A DNA stretch of 64,000 nt from Auanema rhodensis (taxonomy: Eukaryota; Animalia; Nematoda): positions 12,028,001 through 12,092,000 of the forward strand of contig OZ059899.1 in assembly GCA_964057225.1 (NCBI GenBank), given 5' to 3'. The translations under genes and the position numbers were made by a program. Positions 24,701-39,700 of this stretch are shown here, piece after piece (position 1 is the first letter of the stretch; each line of letters starts with the position of its first letter). The notes beneath the pieces are model-generated. The model made no database searches and was not told the origin of the DNA. It was given only the letters and a program-made list of their open reading frames with translations.

Positions 24701-27700
24701 CGCAATTTCTGGAGGTCGTCCTTGACTTCGTCCAGACTGCGTACAGGCTTATTGAGAACGGCATCAAGTGGTTCGTGGGAACGTTCAAGTTCATCATCAG
24801 TCTCATTACGAGCATCAACGAACTCGTCCCAGTTGGTGGCACGATCGTGGAGGATTGGAACGATCTGGTTGGCAGCATCTATGGTTTGGCGGAGAGCTTG
24901 GACAGTTGGTTCATCAGATGGAGCAGAAGCAACAATGTCTTCAGCATGCTTCACTTCCTTGGCTATCACTTCAGCAGATGGTCTATATTGCTCTGGAGAT
25001 CCTTGGGCATCTTGAATAAGATTGTTAGCATCATTAACCAAGCGGGCAAGGTTGGATTGAGCAGGTACAGTCTTGGATTGAAGATCGGCAAGTTCCTTCT
25101 CCTTCTGTTGCTTCTCTTGCAGAGCCGCTTGGCGCTTCTGAAAAAATTGAATTAAGTTTGATGAAAATGAAAGATAAGTACTCACCTCAAGTAATTCTTG
25201 AGTAGTATTCAAGCGCTTCAGAAGCTCGTCATGTTCCTTCTTCTGTGCATCATCGAGAACATTGACATCTACGTTGGCAACATTCTCACGGAGCTTCTCC
25301 AAAGCATCACGGTCTCTGGCAATTGCTTGTAGAAGCTGCTCATCAGACAATTCAGATGGTTCGTCTGTGTACTTGGATGTGATGGCAAGCAAGTTGTCTT
25401 CAGCATCCTTGCGAGCACTGTTGAAGGCAGCAAGGGCAGCCATCTTATCTCCAACCATGTCACCAAGTTGTTTCAGAAGTTCTTTCAGTTTTGATAAATT
25501 CCAAGAGCTCTTCTGGCGTTCTTCATCACCTTCAGGTCCTTCAGGAATTTCGTCCATTAGAGCTTCGAGACGTGCCTTGGCAGATTGAAGGTCTTCAAGC
25601 GAAGCCTGTTGTTCAGCAAGGGTCTCTGGCATCTTTTCAGGTCTGTTGTTGATGGATTGAGCAATAAGCTGGAGTTCAGGAGCGATCTGGTTGAGCTTAA
25701 CAGAGTCGGCAAGAGTAGCTTGCTTATCAGCAGCATTACGAACTAACTCATCAACCTTTGACTTCAAGTCCTTCACAAGGTCGCTGTCGTTGACGACATC
25801 AGCGTTGTTGTTCTTCAACTCGTTCTCGTGGGCTTCGATGTTCTTGGCAAGCTGGTTAACTTCATCCTTAAGGTTGTCCATAACAGGAACAGCTCTCTCG
25901 GAATCAGCAAGTTGAACGTTGTTCAAAGCATCGGTAAGTTGTTTCAATTGATTGTTCATGTTCTTGTTATCCTCACGAAGCTTGTGCTCTTGTGGAAGTG
26001 ACTTCTCGAGGGGTGAAGCCAAGCTCTTAGCTTGTTCCTTCATCTCATGAGCAGTTCGAGCCAATTGTGGTGTTGAGCTCTCGATGTCAGCTACATCGAT
26101 TGAAGCAATGATCTTCTGAAGCTTAGCAAGTTCCTCGTCAACGTTATCGATTGGTTGTGGTGATTGCAAAGCCTTGGCAATAGCTTCTACCTCTTCCTTG
26201 TCCTTGTTCAACTTGGCTGTAACGTCGTTGAGCTTCTCTTCAGCTCGGACAGCTTCATCAAGTTGCTTGTCAGCCTTAGCGTTGAGGTCGTGTGTTCTGG
26301 CAATGAGCTTGTTCTTCTTCTCATCATCCATGCTGGCGGATGGTACAGCTTCAACGACGGCCATCAATTCAGCTAGTTTGGGTACGATGTTCTTCTTGAA
26401 TTCAGAGAGTTCATCAACAGATGCAAGTCCAGGTAAGACATCTTCAGCCTTCTTCAGCTCATCTTCAACATCCTTCAAAGCATTCTCAGCTCTCTTGGCT
26501 TCTTCTTCTTCGGCAGTCTTTTTGACCAAATCATCGGAAGTCTTATCAGACAACTGCTTCAAGTTGTTTTCGAGGTTGTCAGCCTTCTGGCGATCAGAAG
26601 CTGGAAGTGGAGCATCAGAAAGAGCAGCCAATTTGTCTGTCAAATCCTTGATCTTATCAAGCTTAGCTTGTAGAGCCTCAGCATTTTCATCTTCAGCCTT
26701 ATCAGCAGCCTTCTTTCCTTTACCCTTCTTACTCTTCTTTGCTGGAGCAGCAGGTTGGGCAAGAGCGTTAGCTTGATCATCGATTTCAGCCAATTGCTTT
26801 TGAGCAGCCTTTACAGCTTCGTTGTGTTTCTTCTTAGCTTCCTCAGCATCATCAAGCTTCTTGCGGAGCTCGTTTTGCTGATCTTCTGGAAGTTGGGCAA
26901 GGCTTCGGCGAAGTTCTTCAATCTGGTCTTCGGATAATTCTTCAATTGGCTTCTGTTGCAAGTCATTAACCTTGATGGTAATAAGTTGAATAACTTCTTC
27001 TTCTTCGGCTTGTTTCAAGCGATCCTTAGCTTCTTCAAGCGATTTCTCCAATTTAGGTAATTGTTCAGCCAGAGCAGCAATGATGTTGGCTTCGTCTGGC
27101 TTGACGTGCTTGTTTCCAGCTTGAAGTTCTTCCTTCTTCTCCTTGAGTACGTCCAATTGAGAACGAATAGCTGGGAGTTCGTGAGCTTCGAGGCTATCGA
27201 TAACGTCAGCAGATGGTAGATCAGCCAAATGGCTGTTAAGCTGGTTGAGTTCTTTCTTGATGTGCTCAATGGAATCCATCAAGTTCTTCTCTTCTTCGAT
27301 TTCATTGGTCAACTGGTCGAGAGCCTCAGCATATTGCTTATCAACCTGTTCAACATCAACATCTCTGAATCGTACGTCACTTAATGTGATCTCCAAAGGA
27401 TTGAGGAGCTCAGATAGACGTTGCATGTTGCGCATCTTATCAGCCAGGATGTCAGATGTTCGGCTTGCTTCACGCAATTTCTGGAGGTCGTCCTTGACTT
27501 CGTCCAGACTGCGTACAGGCTTATTGAGAACGGCATCAAGTGGTTCGTGGGAACGTTCAAGTTCATCATCAGTCTCATTACGAGCATCAACGAACTCGTC
27601 CCAGTTGGTGGCACGATCGTGGAGGATTGGAACGATCTGGTTGGCAGCATCTATGGTTTGGCGGAGAGCTTGGACAGTTGGTTCATCAGATGGAGCAGAA

Positions 27701-30700
27701 GCAACAATGTCTTCAGCATGCTTCACTTCCTTAGCTATCACTTCAGCAGATGGTCTATATTGCTCTGGAGATCCTTGGGCATCTTGAATAAGATTGTTAG
27801 CATCATTAACCAAGCGGGCAAGGTTGGATTGAGCAGGTACAGTCTTGGATTGAAGATCGGCAAGTTCCTTCTCCTTCTGTTGCTTCTCTTGCAGAGCAGC
27901 TTGGCGCTTCTGAAAAAATTGAATTAAGTTTGATGAAAATGAAAGATAAGTACTCACCTCAAGTAATTCTTGAGTAGTATTCAAGCGCTTCAGAAGCTCG
28001 TCATGTTCCTTCTTCTGTGCATCATCGAGAACATTGACATCTACGTTGGCAACATTCTCACGGAGCTTCTCCAAAGCATCACGGTCTCTGGCAATTGCTT
28101 GTAGAAGCTGCTCATCAGACAATTCAGATGGTTCGTCTGTGTACTTGGATGTGATGGCAAGCAAGTTGTCCTCAGCATCCTTGCGAGCACTGTTGAAGGC
28201 AGCAAGGGCAGCCATCTTATCTCCAACCATGTCACCAAGTTGTTTCAGAAGTTCTTTCAGTTTTGATAAATTCCAAGAGCTCTTCTGGCGTTCTTCATCA
28301 CCTTCAGGTCCTTCAGGAATTTCGTCCATTAGAGCTTCGAGACGTGCCTTGGCAGATTGAAGGTCTTCAAGCGAAGCCTGTTGTTCAGCAAGGGTCTCTG
28401 GCATCTTTTCAGGTCTGTTGTTGATGGATTGAGCAATAAGCTGGAGTTCAGGAGCGATCTGGTTGAGCTTAACAGAGTCGGCAAGAGTAGCTTGCTTATC
28501 AGCAGCATTACGAACTAACTCATCAACCTTTGACTTCAAGTCCTTCACAAGGTCGCTGTCGTTGACGACATCAGCGTTGTTGTTCTTCAACTCGTTCTCG
28601 TGGGCTTCGATGTTCTTGGCAAGCTGGTTAACTTCATCCTTAAGGTTGTCCATAACAGGAACAGCTCTCTCGGAATCAGCAAGTTGAACGTTGTTCAAAG
28701 CATCGGTAAGTTGTTTCAATTGATTGTTCATGTTCTTGTTATCCTCACGAAGCTTGTGCTCTTGTGGAAGTGACTTCTCGAGGGGTGAAGCCAAGCTCTT
28801 AGCTTGTTCCTTCATCTCATGAGCAGTTCGAGCCAATTGTGGTGTTGAGCTCTCGATGTCAGCTACATCGATTGAAGCAATGATCTTCTGAAGCTTAGCA
28901 AGTTCCTCGTCAACGTTATCGATTGGTTGTGGTGATTGCAAAGCCTTGGCAATAGCTTCTACCTCTTCCTTGTCCTTGTTCAACTTGGCTGTAACGTCGT
29001 TGAGCTTCTCTTCAGCTCGGACAGCTTCATCAAGTTGCTTGTCAGCCTTAGCGTTGAGGTCGTGTGTTCTGGCAATGAGCTTGTTCTTCTTCTCATCATC
29101 CATGCTGGCGGATGGTACAGCTTCAACGACGGCCATCAATTCAGCTAGTTTGGGTACGATGTTCTTCTTGAATTCAGAGAGTTCATCAACAGATGCAAGT
29201 CCAGGTAAGACATCTTCAGCCTTCTTCAGCTCATCTTCAACATCCTTCAAAGCATTCTCAGCTCTCTTGGCTTCTTCTTCTTCGGCAGTCTTTTTGACCA
29301 AATCATCGGAAGTCTTATCAGACAACTGCTTCAAGTTGTTTTCGAGGTTGTCAGCCTTCTGGCGATCAGAAGCTGGAAGTGGAGCATCAGAAAGAGCAGC
29401 CAATTTGTCTGTCAAATCCTTGATCTTATCAAGCTTAGCTTGTAGAGCCTCAGCATTTTCATCTTCAGCCTTATCAGCAGCCTTCTTTCCTTTACCCTTC
29501 TTACTCTTCTTTGCTGGAGCAGCAGGTTGGGCAAGAGCGTTAGCTTGATCATCGATTTCAGCCAATTGCTTTTGAGCAGCCTTTACAGCTTCGTTGTGTT
29601 TCTTCTTAGCTTCCTCAGCATCATCAAGCTTCTTGCGGAGCTCGTTTTGCTGATCTTCTGGAAGTTGGGCAAGGCTTCGGCGAAGTTCTTCAATCTGGTC
29701 TTCGGATAATTCTTCAATTGGCTTCTGTTGCAAGTCATTAACCTTGATGGTAATAAGTTGAATAACTTCTTCTTCTTCGGCTTGTTTCAAGCGATCCTTA
29801 GCTTCTTCAAGCGATTTCTCCAATTTAGGTAATTGTTCAGCCAGAGCAGCAATGATGTTGGCTTCGTCTGGCTTGACGTGCTTGTTTCCAGCTTGAAGTT
29901 CTTCCTTCTTCTCCTTGAGTACGTCCAATTGAGAACGAATAGCTGGGAGTTCGTGAGCTTCGAGGCTATCGATAACGTCAGCAGATGGTAGATCAGCCAA
30001 ATGGCTGTTAAGCTGGTTGAGTTCTTTCTTGATGTGCTCAATGGAATCCATCAAGTTCTTCTCTTCTTCGATTTCATTGGTCAACTGGTCGAGAGCCTCA
30101 GCATATTGCTTATCAACCTGTTCAACATCAACATCTCTGAATCGTACGTCACTTAATGTGATCTCCAAAGGATTGAGGAGCTCAGATAGACGTTGCATGT
30201 TGCGCATCTTATCAGCCAGGATGTCAGATGTTCGGCTTGCTTCACGCAATTTCTGGAGGTCGTCCTTGACTTCGTCCAGACTGCGTACAGGCTTATTGAG
30301 AACGGCATCAAGTGGTTCGTGGGAACGTTCAAGTTCATCATCAGTCTCATTACGAGCATCAACGAACTCGTCCCAGTTGGTGGCACGATCGTGGAGGATT
30401 GGAACGATCTGGTTGGCAGCATCTATGGTTTGGCGGAGAGCTTGGACAGTTGGTTCATCAGATGGAGCAGAAGCAACAATGTCTTCAGCATGCTTCACTT
30501 CCTTGGCTATCACTTCAGCAGATGGTCTATATTGCTCTGGAGATCCTTGGGCATCTTGAATAAGATTGTTAGCATCATTAACCAAGCGGGCAAGGTTGGA
30601 TTGAGCAGGTACAGTCTTGGATTGAAGATCGGCAAGTTCCTTCTCCTTCTGTTGCTTCTCTTGCAGAGCAGCTTGGCGCTTCTGAAAAAATTGAATTAAG

Positions 30701-33700
30701 TTTGATGAAAATGAAAGATAAGTACTCACCTCAAGTAATTCTTGAGTAGTATTCAAGCGCTTCAGAAGCTCGTCATGTTCCTTCTTCTGTGCATCATCGA
30801 GAACATTGACATCTACGTTGGCAACATTCTCACGGAGCTTCTCCAAAGCATCACGGTCTCTGGCAATTGCTTGTAGAAGCTGCTCATCAGACAATTCAGA
30901 TGGTTCGTCTGTGTACTTGGATGTGATGGCAAGCAAGTTGTCCTCAGCATCCTTGCGAGCACTGTTGAAGGCAGCAAGGGCAGCCATCTTATCTCCAACC
31001 ATGTCACCAAGTTGTTTCAGAAGTTCTTTCAGTTTTGATAAATTCCAAGAGCTCTTCTGGCGTTCTTCATCACCTTCAGGTCCTTCAGGAATTTCGTCCA
31101 TTAGAGCTTCGAGACGTGCCTTGGCAGATTGAAGGTCTTCAAGCGAAGCCTGTTGTTCAGCAAGGGTCTCTGGCATCTTTTCAGGTCTGTTGTTGATGGA
31201 TTGAGCAATAAGCTGGAGTTCAGGAGCGATCTGGTTGAGCTTAACAGAGTCGGCAAGAGTAGCTTGCTTATCAGCAGCATTACGAACTAACTCATCAACC
31301 TTTGACTTCAAGTCCTTCACAAGGTCGCTGTCGTTGACGACATCAGCGTTGTTGTTCTTCAACTCGTTCTCGTGGGCTTCGATGTTCTTGGCAAGCTGGT
31401 TAACTTCATCCTTAAGGTTGTCCATAACAGGAACAGCTCTCTCGGAATCAGCAAGTTGAACGTTGTTCAAAGCATCGGTAAGTTGTTTCAATTGATTGTT
31501 CATGTTCTTGTTATCCTCACGAAGCTTGTGCTCTTGTGGAAGTGACTTCTCGAGGGGTGAAGCCAAGCTCTTAGCTTGTTCCTTCATCTCATGAGCAGTT
31601 CGAGCCAATTGTGGTGTTGAGCTCTCGATGTCAGCTACATCGATTGAAGCAATGATCTTCTGAAGCTTAGCAAGTTCCTCGTCAACGTTATCGATTGGTT
31701 GTGGTGATTGCAAAGCCTTGGCAATAGCTTCTACCTCTTCCTTGTCCTTGTTCAACTTGGCTGTAACGTCGTTGAGCTTCTCTTCAGCTCGGACAGCTTC
31801 ATCAAGTTGCTTGTCAGCCTTAGCGTTGAGGTCGTGTGTTCTGGCAATGAGCTTGTTCTTCTTCTCATCATCCATGCTGGCGGATGGTACAGCTTCAACG
31901 ACGGCCATCAATTCAGCTAGTTTGGGTACGATGTTCTTCTTGAATTCAGAGAGTTCATCAACAGATGCAAGTCCAGGTAAGACATCTTCAGCCTTCTTCA
32001 GCTCATCTTCAACATCCTTCAAAGCATTCTCAGCTCTCTTGGCTTCTTCTTCTTCGGCAGTCTTTTTGACCAAATCATCGGAAGTCTTATCAGACAACTG
32101 CTTCAAGTTGTTTTCGAGGTTGTCAGCCTTCTGGCGATCAGAAGCTGGAAGTGGAGCATCAGAAAGAGCAGCCAATTTGTCTGTCAAATCCTTGATCTTA
32201 TCAAGCTTAGCTTGTAGAGCCTCAGCATTTTCATCTTCAGCCTTATCAGCAGCCTTCTTTCCTTTACCCTTCTTACTCTTCTTTGCTGGAGCAGCAGGTT
32301 GGGCAAGAGCGTTAGCTTGATCATCGATTTCAGCCAATTGCTTTTGAGCAGCCTTTACAGCTTCGTTGTGTTTCTTCTTAGCTTCCTCAGCATCATCAAG
32401 CTTCTTGCGGAGCTCGTTTTGCTGATCTTCTGGAAGTTGGGCAAGGCTTCGGCGAAGTTCTTCAATCTGGTCTTCGGATAATTCTTCAATTGGCTTCTGT
32501 TGCAAGTCATTAACCTTGATGGTAATAAGTTGAATAACTTCTTCTTCTTCGGCTTGTTTCAAGCGATCCTTAGCTTCTTCAAGCGATTTCTCCAATTTAG
32601 GTAATTGTTCAGCCAGAGCAGCAATGATGTTGGCTTCGTCTGGCTTGACGTGCTTGTTTCCAGCTTGAAGTTCTTCCTTCTTCTCCTTGAGTACGTCCAA
32701 TTGAGAACGAATAGCTGGGAGTTCGTGAGCTTCGAGGCTATCGATAACGTCAGCAGATGGTAGATCAGCCAAATGGCTGTTAAGCTGGTTGAGTTCTTTC
32801 TTGATGTGCTCAATGGAATCCATCAAGTTCTTCTCTTCTTCGATTTCATTGGTCAACTGGTCGAGAGCCTCAGCATATTGCTTATCAACCTGTTCAACAT
32901 CAACATCTCTGAATCGTACGTCACTTAATGTGATCTCCAAAGGATTGAGGAGCTCAGATAGACGTTGCATGTTGCGCATCTTATCAGCCAGGATGTCAGA
33001 TGTTCGGCTTGCTTCACGCAATTTCTGGAGGTCGTCCTTGACTTCGTCCAGACTGCGTACAGGCTTATTGAGAACGGCATCAAGTGGTTCGTGGGAACGT
33101 TCAAGTTCATCATCAGTCTCATTACGAGCATCAACGAACTCGTCCCAGTTGGTGGCACGATCGTGGAGGATTGGAACGATCTGGTTGGCAGCATCTATGG
33201 TTTGGCGGAGAGCTTGGACAGTTGGTTCATCAGATGGAGCAGAAGCAACAATGTCTTCAGCATGCTTCACTTCCTTGGCTATCACTTCAGCAGATGGTCT
33301 ATATTGCTCTGGAGATCCTTGGGCATCTTGAATAAGATTGTTAGCATCATTAACCAAGCGGGCAAGGTTGGATTGAGCAGGTACAGTCTTGGATTGAAGA
33401 TCGGCAAGTTCCTTCTCCTTCTGTTGCTTCTCTTGCAGAGCAGCTTGGCGCTTCTGAAAAAATTGAATTAAGTTTGATGAAAATGAAAGATAAGTACTCA
33501 CCTCAAGTAATTCTTGAGTAGTATTCAAGCGCTTCAGAAGCTCGTCATGTTCCTTCTTCTGTGCATCATCGAGAACATTGACATCTACGTTGGCAACATT
33601 CTCACGGAGCTTCTCCAAAGCATCACGGTCTCTGGCAATTGCTTGTAGAAGCTGCTCATCAGACAATTCAGATGGTTCGTCTGTGTACTTGGATGTGATG

Positions 33701-36700
33701 GCAAGCAAGTTGTCCTCAGCATCCTTGCGAGCACTGTTGAAGGCAGCAAGGGCAGCCATCTTATCTCCAACCATGTCACCAAGTTGTTTCAGAAGTTCTT
33801 TCAGTTTTGATAAATTCCAAGAGCTCTTCTGGCGTTCTTCATCACCTTCAGGTCCTTCAGGAATTTCGTCCATTAGAGCTTCGAGACGTGCCTTGGCAGA
33901 TTGAAGGTCTTCAAGCGAAGCCTGTTGTTCAGCAAGGGTCTCTGGCATCTTTTCAGGTCTGTTGTTGATGGATTGAGCAATAAGCTGGAGTTCAGGAGCG
34001 ATCTGGTTGAGCTTAACAGAGTCGGCAAGAGTAGCTTGCTTATCAGCAGCATTACGAACTAACTCATCAACCTTTGACTTCAAGTCCTTCACAAGGTCGC
34101 TGTCGTTGACGACATCAGCGTTGTTGTTCTTCAACTCGTTCTCGTGGGCTTCGATGTTCTTGGCAAGCTGGTTAACTTCATCCTTAAGGTTGTCCATAAC
34201 AGGAACAGCTCTCTCGGAATCAGCAAGTTGAACGTTGTTCAAAGCATCGGTAAGTTGTTTCAATTGATTGTTCATGTTCTTGTTATCCTCACGAAGCTTG
34301 TGCTCTTGTGGAAGTGACTTCTCGAGGGGTGAAGCCAAGCTCTTAGCTTGTTCCTTCATCTCATGAGCAGTTCGAGCCAATTGTGGTGTTGAGCTCTCGA
34401 TGTCAGCTACATCGATTGAAGCAATGATCTTCTGAAGCTTAGCAAGTTCCTCGTCAACGTTATCGATTGGTTGTGGTGATTGCAAAGCCTTGGCAATAGC
34501 TTCTACCTCTTCCTTGTCCTTGTTCAACTTGGCTGTAACGTCGTTGAGCTTCTCTTCAGCTCGGACAGCTTCATCAAGTTGCTTGTCAGCCTTAGCGTTG
34601 AGGTCGTGTGTTCTGGCAATGAGCTTGTTCTTCTTCTCATCATCCATGCTGGCGGATGGTACAGCTTCAACGACGGCCATCAATTCAGCTAGTTTGGGTA
34701 CGATGTTCTTCTTGAATTCAGAGAGTTCATCAACAGATGCAAGTCCAGGTAAGACATCTTCAGCCTTCTTCAGCTCATCTTCAACATCCTTCAAAGCATT
34801 CTCAGCTCTCTTGGCTTCTTCTTCTTCGGCAGTCTTTTTGACCAAATCATCGGAAGTCTTATCAGACAACTGCTTCAAGTTGTTTTCGAGGTTGTCAGCC
34901 TTCTGGCGATCAGAAGCTGGAAGTGGAGCATCAGAAAGAGCAGCCAATTTGTCTGTCAAATCCTTGATCTTATCAAGCTTAGCTTGTAGAGCCTCAGCAT
35001 TTTCATCTTCAGCCTTATCAGCAGCCTTCTTTCCTTTACCCTTCTTACTCTTCTTTGCTGGAGCAGCAGGTTGGGCAAGAGCGTTAGCTTGATCATCGAT
35101 TTCAGCCAATTGCTTTTGAGCAGCCTTTACAGCTTCGTTGTGTTTCTTCTTAGCTTCCTCAGCATCATCAAGCTTCTTGCGGAGCTCGTTTTGCTGATCT
35201 TCTGGAAGTTGGGCAAGGCTTCGGCGAAGTTCTTCAATCTGGTCTTCGGATAATTCTTCAATTGGCTTCTGTTGCAAGTCATTAACCTTGATGGTAATAA
35301 GTTGAATAACTTCTTCTTCTTCGGCTTGTTTCAAGCGATCCTTAGCTTCTTCAAGCGATTTCTCCAATTTAGGTAATTGTTCAGCCAGAGCAGCAATGAT
35401 GTTGGCTTCGTCTGGCTTGACGTGCTTGTTTCCAGCTTGAAGTTCTTCCTTCTTCTCCTTGAGTACGTCCAATTGAGAACGAATAGCTGGGAGTTCGTGA
35501 GCTTCGAGGCTATCGATAACGTCAGCAGATGGTAGATCAGCCAAATGGCTGTTAAGCTGGTTGAGTTCTTTCTTGATGTGCTCAATGGAATCCATCAAGT
35601 TCTTCTCTTCTTCGATTTCATTGGTCAACTGGTCGAGAGCCTCAGCATATTGCTTATCAACCTGTTCAACATCAACATCTCTGAATCGTACGTCACTTAA
35701 TGTGATCTCCAAAGGATTGAGGAGCTCAGATAGACGTTGCATGTTGCGCATCTTATCAGCCAGGATGTCAGATGTTCGGCTTGCTTCACGCAATTTCTGG
35801 AGGTCGTCCTTGACTTCGTCCAGACTGCGTACAGGCTTATTGAGAACGGCATCAAGTGGTTCGTGGGAACGTTCAAGTTCATCATCAGTCTCATTACGAG
35901 CATCAACGAACTCGTCCCAGTTGGTGGCACGATCGTGGAGGATTGGAACGATCTGGTTGGCAGCATCTATGGTTTGGCGGAGAGCTTGGACAGTTGGTTC
36001 ATCAGATGGAGCAGAAGCAACAATGTCTTCAGCATGCTTCACTTCCTTGGCTATCACTTCAGCAGATGGTCTATATTGCTCTGGAGATCCTTGGGCATCT
36101 TGAATAAGATTGTTAGCATCATTAACCAAGCGGGCAAGGTTGGATTGAGCAGGTACAGTCTTGGATTGAAGATCGGCAAGTTCCTTCTCCTTCTGTTGCT
36201 TCTCTTGCAGAGCAGCTTGGCGCTTCTGAAAAAATTGAATTAAGTTTGATGAAAATGAAAGATAAGTACTCACCTCAAGTAATTCTTGAGTAGTATTCAA
36301 GCGCTTCAGAAGCTCGTCATGTTCCTTCTTCTGTGCATCATCGAGAACATTGACATCTACGTTGGCAACATTCTCACGGAGCTTCTCCAAAGCATCACGG
36401 TCTCTGGCAATTGCTTGTAGAAGCTGCTCATCAGACAATTCAGATGGTTCGTCTGTGTACTTGGATGTGATGGCAAGCAAGTTGTCCTCAGCATCCTTGC
36501 GAGCACTGTTGAAGGCAGCAAGGGCAGCCATCTTATCTCCAACCATGTCACCAAGTTGTTTCAGAAGTTCTTTCAGTTTTGATAAATTCCAAGAGCTCTT
36601 CTGGCGTTCTTCATCACCTTCAGGTCCTTCAGGAATTTCGTCCATTAGAGCTTCGAGACGTGCCTTGGCAGATTGAAGGTCTTCAAGCGAAGCCTGTTGT

Positions 36701-39700
36701 TCAGCAAGGGTCTCTGGCATCTTTTCAGGTCTGTTGTTGATGGATTGAGCAATAAGCTGGAGTTCAGGAGCGATCTGGTTGAGCTTAACAGAGTCGGCAA
36801 GAGTAGCTTGCTTATCAGCAGCATTACGAACTAACTCATCAACCTTTGACTTCAAGTCCTTCACAAGGTCGCTGTCGTTGACGACATCAGCGTTGTTGTT
36901 CTTCAACTCGTTCTCGTGGGCTTCGATGTTCTTGGCAAGCTGGTTAACTTCATCCTTAAGGTTGTCCATAACAGGAACAGCTCTCTCGGAATCAGCAAGT
37001 TGAACGTTGTTCAAAGCATCGGTAAGTTGTTTCAATTGATTGTTCATGTTCTTGTTATCCTCACGAAGCTTGTGCTCTTGTGGAAGTGACTTCTCGAGGG
37101 GTGAAGCCAAGCTCTTAGCTTGTTCCTTCATCTCATGAGCAGTTCGAGCCAATTGTGGTGTTGAGCTCTCGATGTCAGCTACATCGATTGAAGCAATGAT
37201 CTTCTGAAGCTTAGCAAGTTCCTCGTCAACGTTATCGATTGGTTGTGGTGATTGCAAAGCCTTGGCAATAGCTTCTACCTCTTCCTTGTCCTTGTTCAAC
37301 TTGGCTGTAACGTCGTTGAGCTTCTCTTCAGCTCGGACAGCTTCATCAAGTTGCTTGTCAGCCTTAGCGTTGAGGTCGTGTGTTCTGGCAATGAGCTTGT
37401 TCTTCTTCTCATCATCCATGCTGGCGGATGGTACAGCTTCAACGACGGCCATCAATTCAGCTAGTTTGGGTACGATGTTCTTCTTGAATTCAGAGAGTTC
37501 ATCAACAGATGCAAGTCCAGGTAAGACATCTTCAGCCTTCTTCAGCTCATCTTCAACATCCTTCAAAGCATTCTCAGCTCTCTTGGCTTCTTCTTCTTCG
37601 GCAGTCTTTTTGACCAAATCATCGGAAGTCTTATCAGACAACTGCTTCAAGTTGTTTTCGAGGTTGTCAGCCTTCTGGCGATCAGAAGCTGGAAGTGGAG
37701 CATCAGAAAGAGCAGCCAATTTGTCTGTCAAATCCTTGATCTTATCAAGCTTAGCTTGTAGAGCCTCAGCATTTTCATCTTCAGCCTTATCAGCAGCCTT
37801 CTTTCCTTTACCCTTCTTACTCTTCTTTGCTGGAGCAGCAGGTTGGGCAAGAGCGTTAGCTTGATCATCGATTTCAGCCAATTGCTTTTGAGCAGCCTTT
37901 ACAGCTTCGTTGTGTTTCTTCTTAGCTTCCTCAGCATCATCAAGCTTCTTGCGGAGCTCGTTTTGCTGATCTTCTGGAAGTTGGGCAAGGCTTCGGCGAA
38001 GTTCTTCAATCTGGTCTTCGGATAATTCTTCAATTGGCTTCTGTTGCAAGTCATTAACCTTGATGGTAATAAGTTGAATAACTTCTTCTTCTTCGGCTTG
38101 TTTCAAGCGATCCTTAGCTTCTTCAAGCGATTTCTCCAATTTAGGTAATTGTTCAGCCAGAGCAGCAATGATGTTGGCTTCGTCTGGCTTGACGTGCTTG
38201 TTTCCAGCTTGAAGTTCTTCCTTCTTCTCCTTGAGTACGTCCAATTGAGAACGAATAGCTGGGAGTTCGTGAGCTTCGAGGCTATCGATAACGTCAGCAG
38301 ATGGTAGATCAGCCAAATGGCTGTTAAGCTGGTTGAGTTCTTTCTTGATGTGCTCAATGGAATCCATCAAGTTCTTCTCTTCTTCGATTTCATTGGTCAA
38401 CTGGTCGAGAGCCTCAGCATATTGCTTATCAACCTGTTCAACATCAACATCTCTGAATCGTACGTCACTTAATGTGATCTCCAAAGGATTGAGGAGCTCA
38501 GATAGACGTTGCATGTTGCGCATCTTATCAGCCAGGATGTCAGATGTTCGGCTTGCTTCACGCAATTTCTGGAGGTCGTCCTTGACTTCGTCCAGACTGC
38601 GTACAGGCTTATTGAGAACGGCATCAAGTGGTTCGTGGGAACGTTCAAGTTCATCATCAGTCTCATTACGAGCATCAACGAACTCGTCCCAGTTGGTGGC
38701 ACGATCGTGGAGGATTGGAACGATCTGGTTGGCAGCATCTATGGTTTGGCGGAGAGCTTGGACAGTTGGTTCATCAGATGGAGCAGAAGCAACAATGTCT
38801 TCAGCATGCTTCACTTCCTTGGCTATCACTTCAGCAGATGGTCTATATTGCTCTGGAGATCCTTGGGCATCTTGAATAAGATTGTTAGCATCATTAACCA
38901 AGCGGGCAAGGTTGGATTGAGCAGGTACAGTCTTGGATTGAAGATCGGCAAGTTCCTTCTCCTTCTGTTGCTTCTCTTGCAGAGCAGCTTGGCGCTTCTG
39001 AAAAAATTGAATTAAGTTTGATGAAAATGAAAGATAAGTACTCACCTCAAGTAATTCTTGAGTAGTATTCAAGCGCTTCAGAAGCTCGTCATGTTCCTTC
39101 TTCTGTGCATCATCGAGAACATTGACATCTACGTTGGCAACATTCTCACGGAGCTTCTCCAAAGCATCACGGTCTCTGGCAATTGCTTGTAGAAGCTGCT
39201 CATCAGACAATTCAGATGGTTCGTCTGTGTACTTGGATGTGATGGCAAGCAAGTTGTCCTCAGCATCCTTGCGAGCACTGTTGAAGGCAGCAAGGGCAGC
39301 CATCTTATCTCCAACCATGTCACCAAGTTGTTTCAGAAGTTCTTTCAGTTTTGATAAATTCCAAGAGCTCTTCTGGCGTTCTTCATCACCTTCAGGTCCT
39401 TCAGGAATTTCGTCCATTAGAGCTTCGAGACGTGCCTTGGCAGATTGAAGGTCTTCAAGCGAAGCCTGTTGTTCAGCAAGGGTCTCTGGCATCTTTTCAG
39501 GTCTGTTGTTGATGGATTGAGCAATAAGCTGGAGTTCAGGAGCGATCTGGTTGAGCTTAACAGAGTCGGCAAGAGTAGCTTGCTTATCAGCAGCATTACG
39601 AACTAACTCATCAACCTTTGACTTCAAGTCCTTCACAAGGTCGCTGTCGTTGACGACATCAGCGTTGTTGTTCTTCAACTCGTTCTCGTGGGCTTCGATG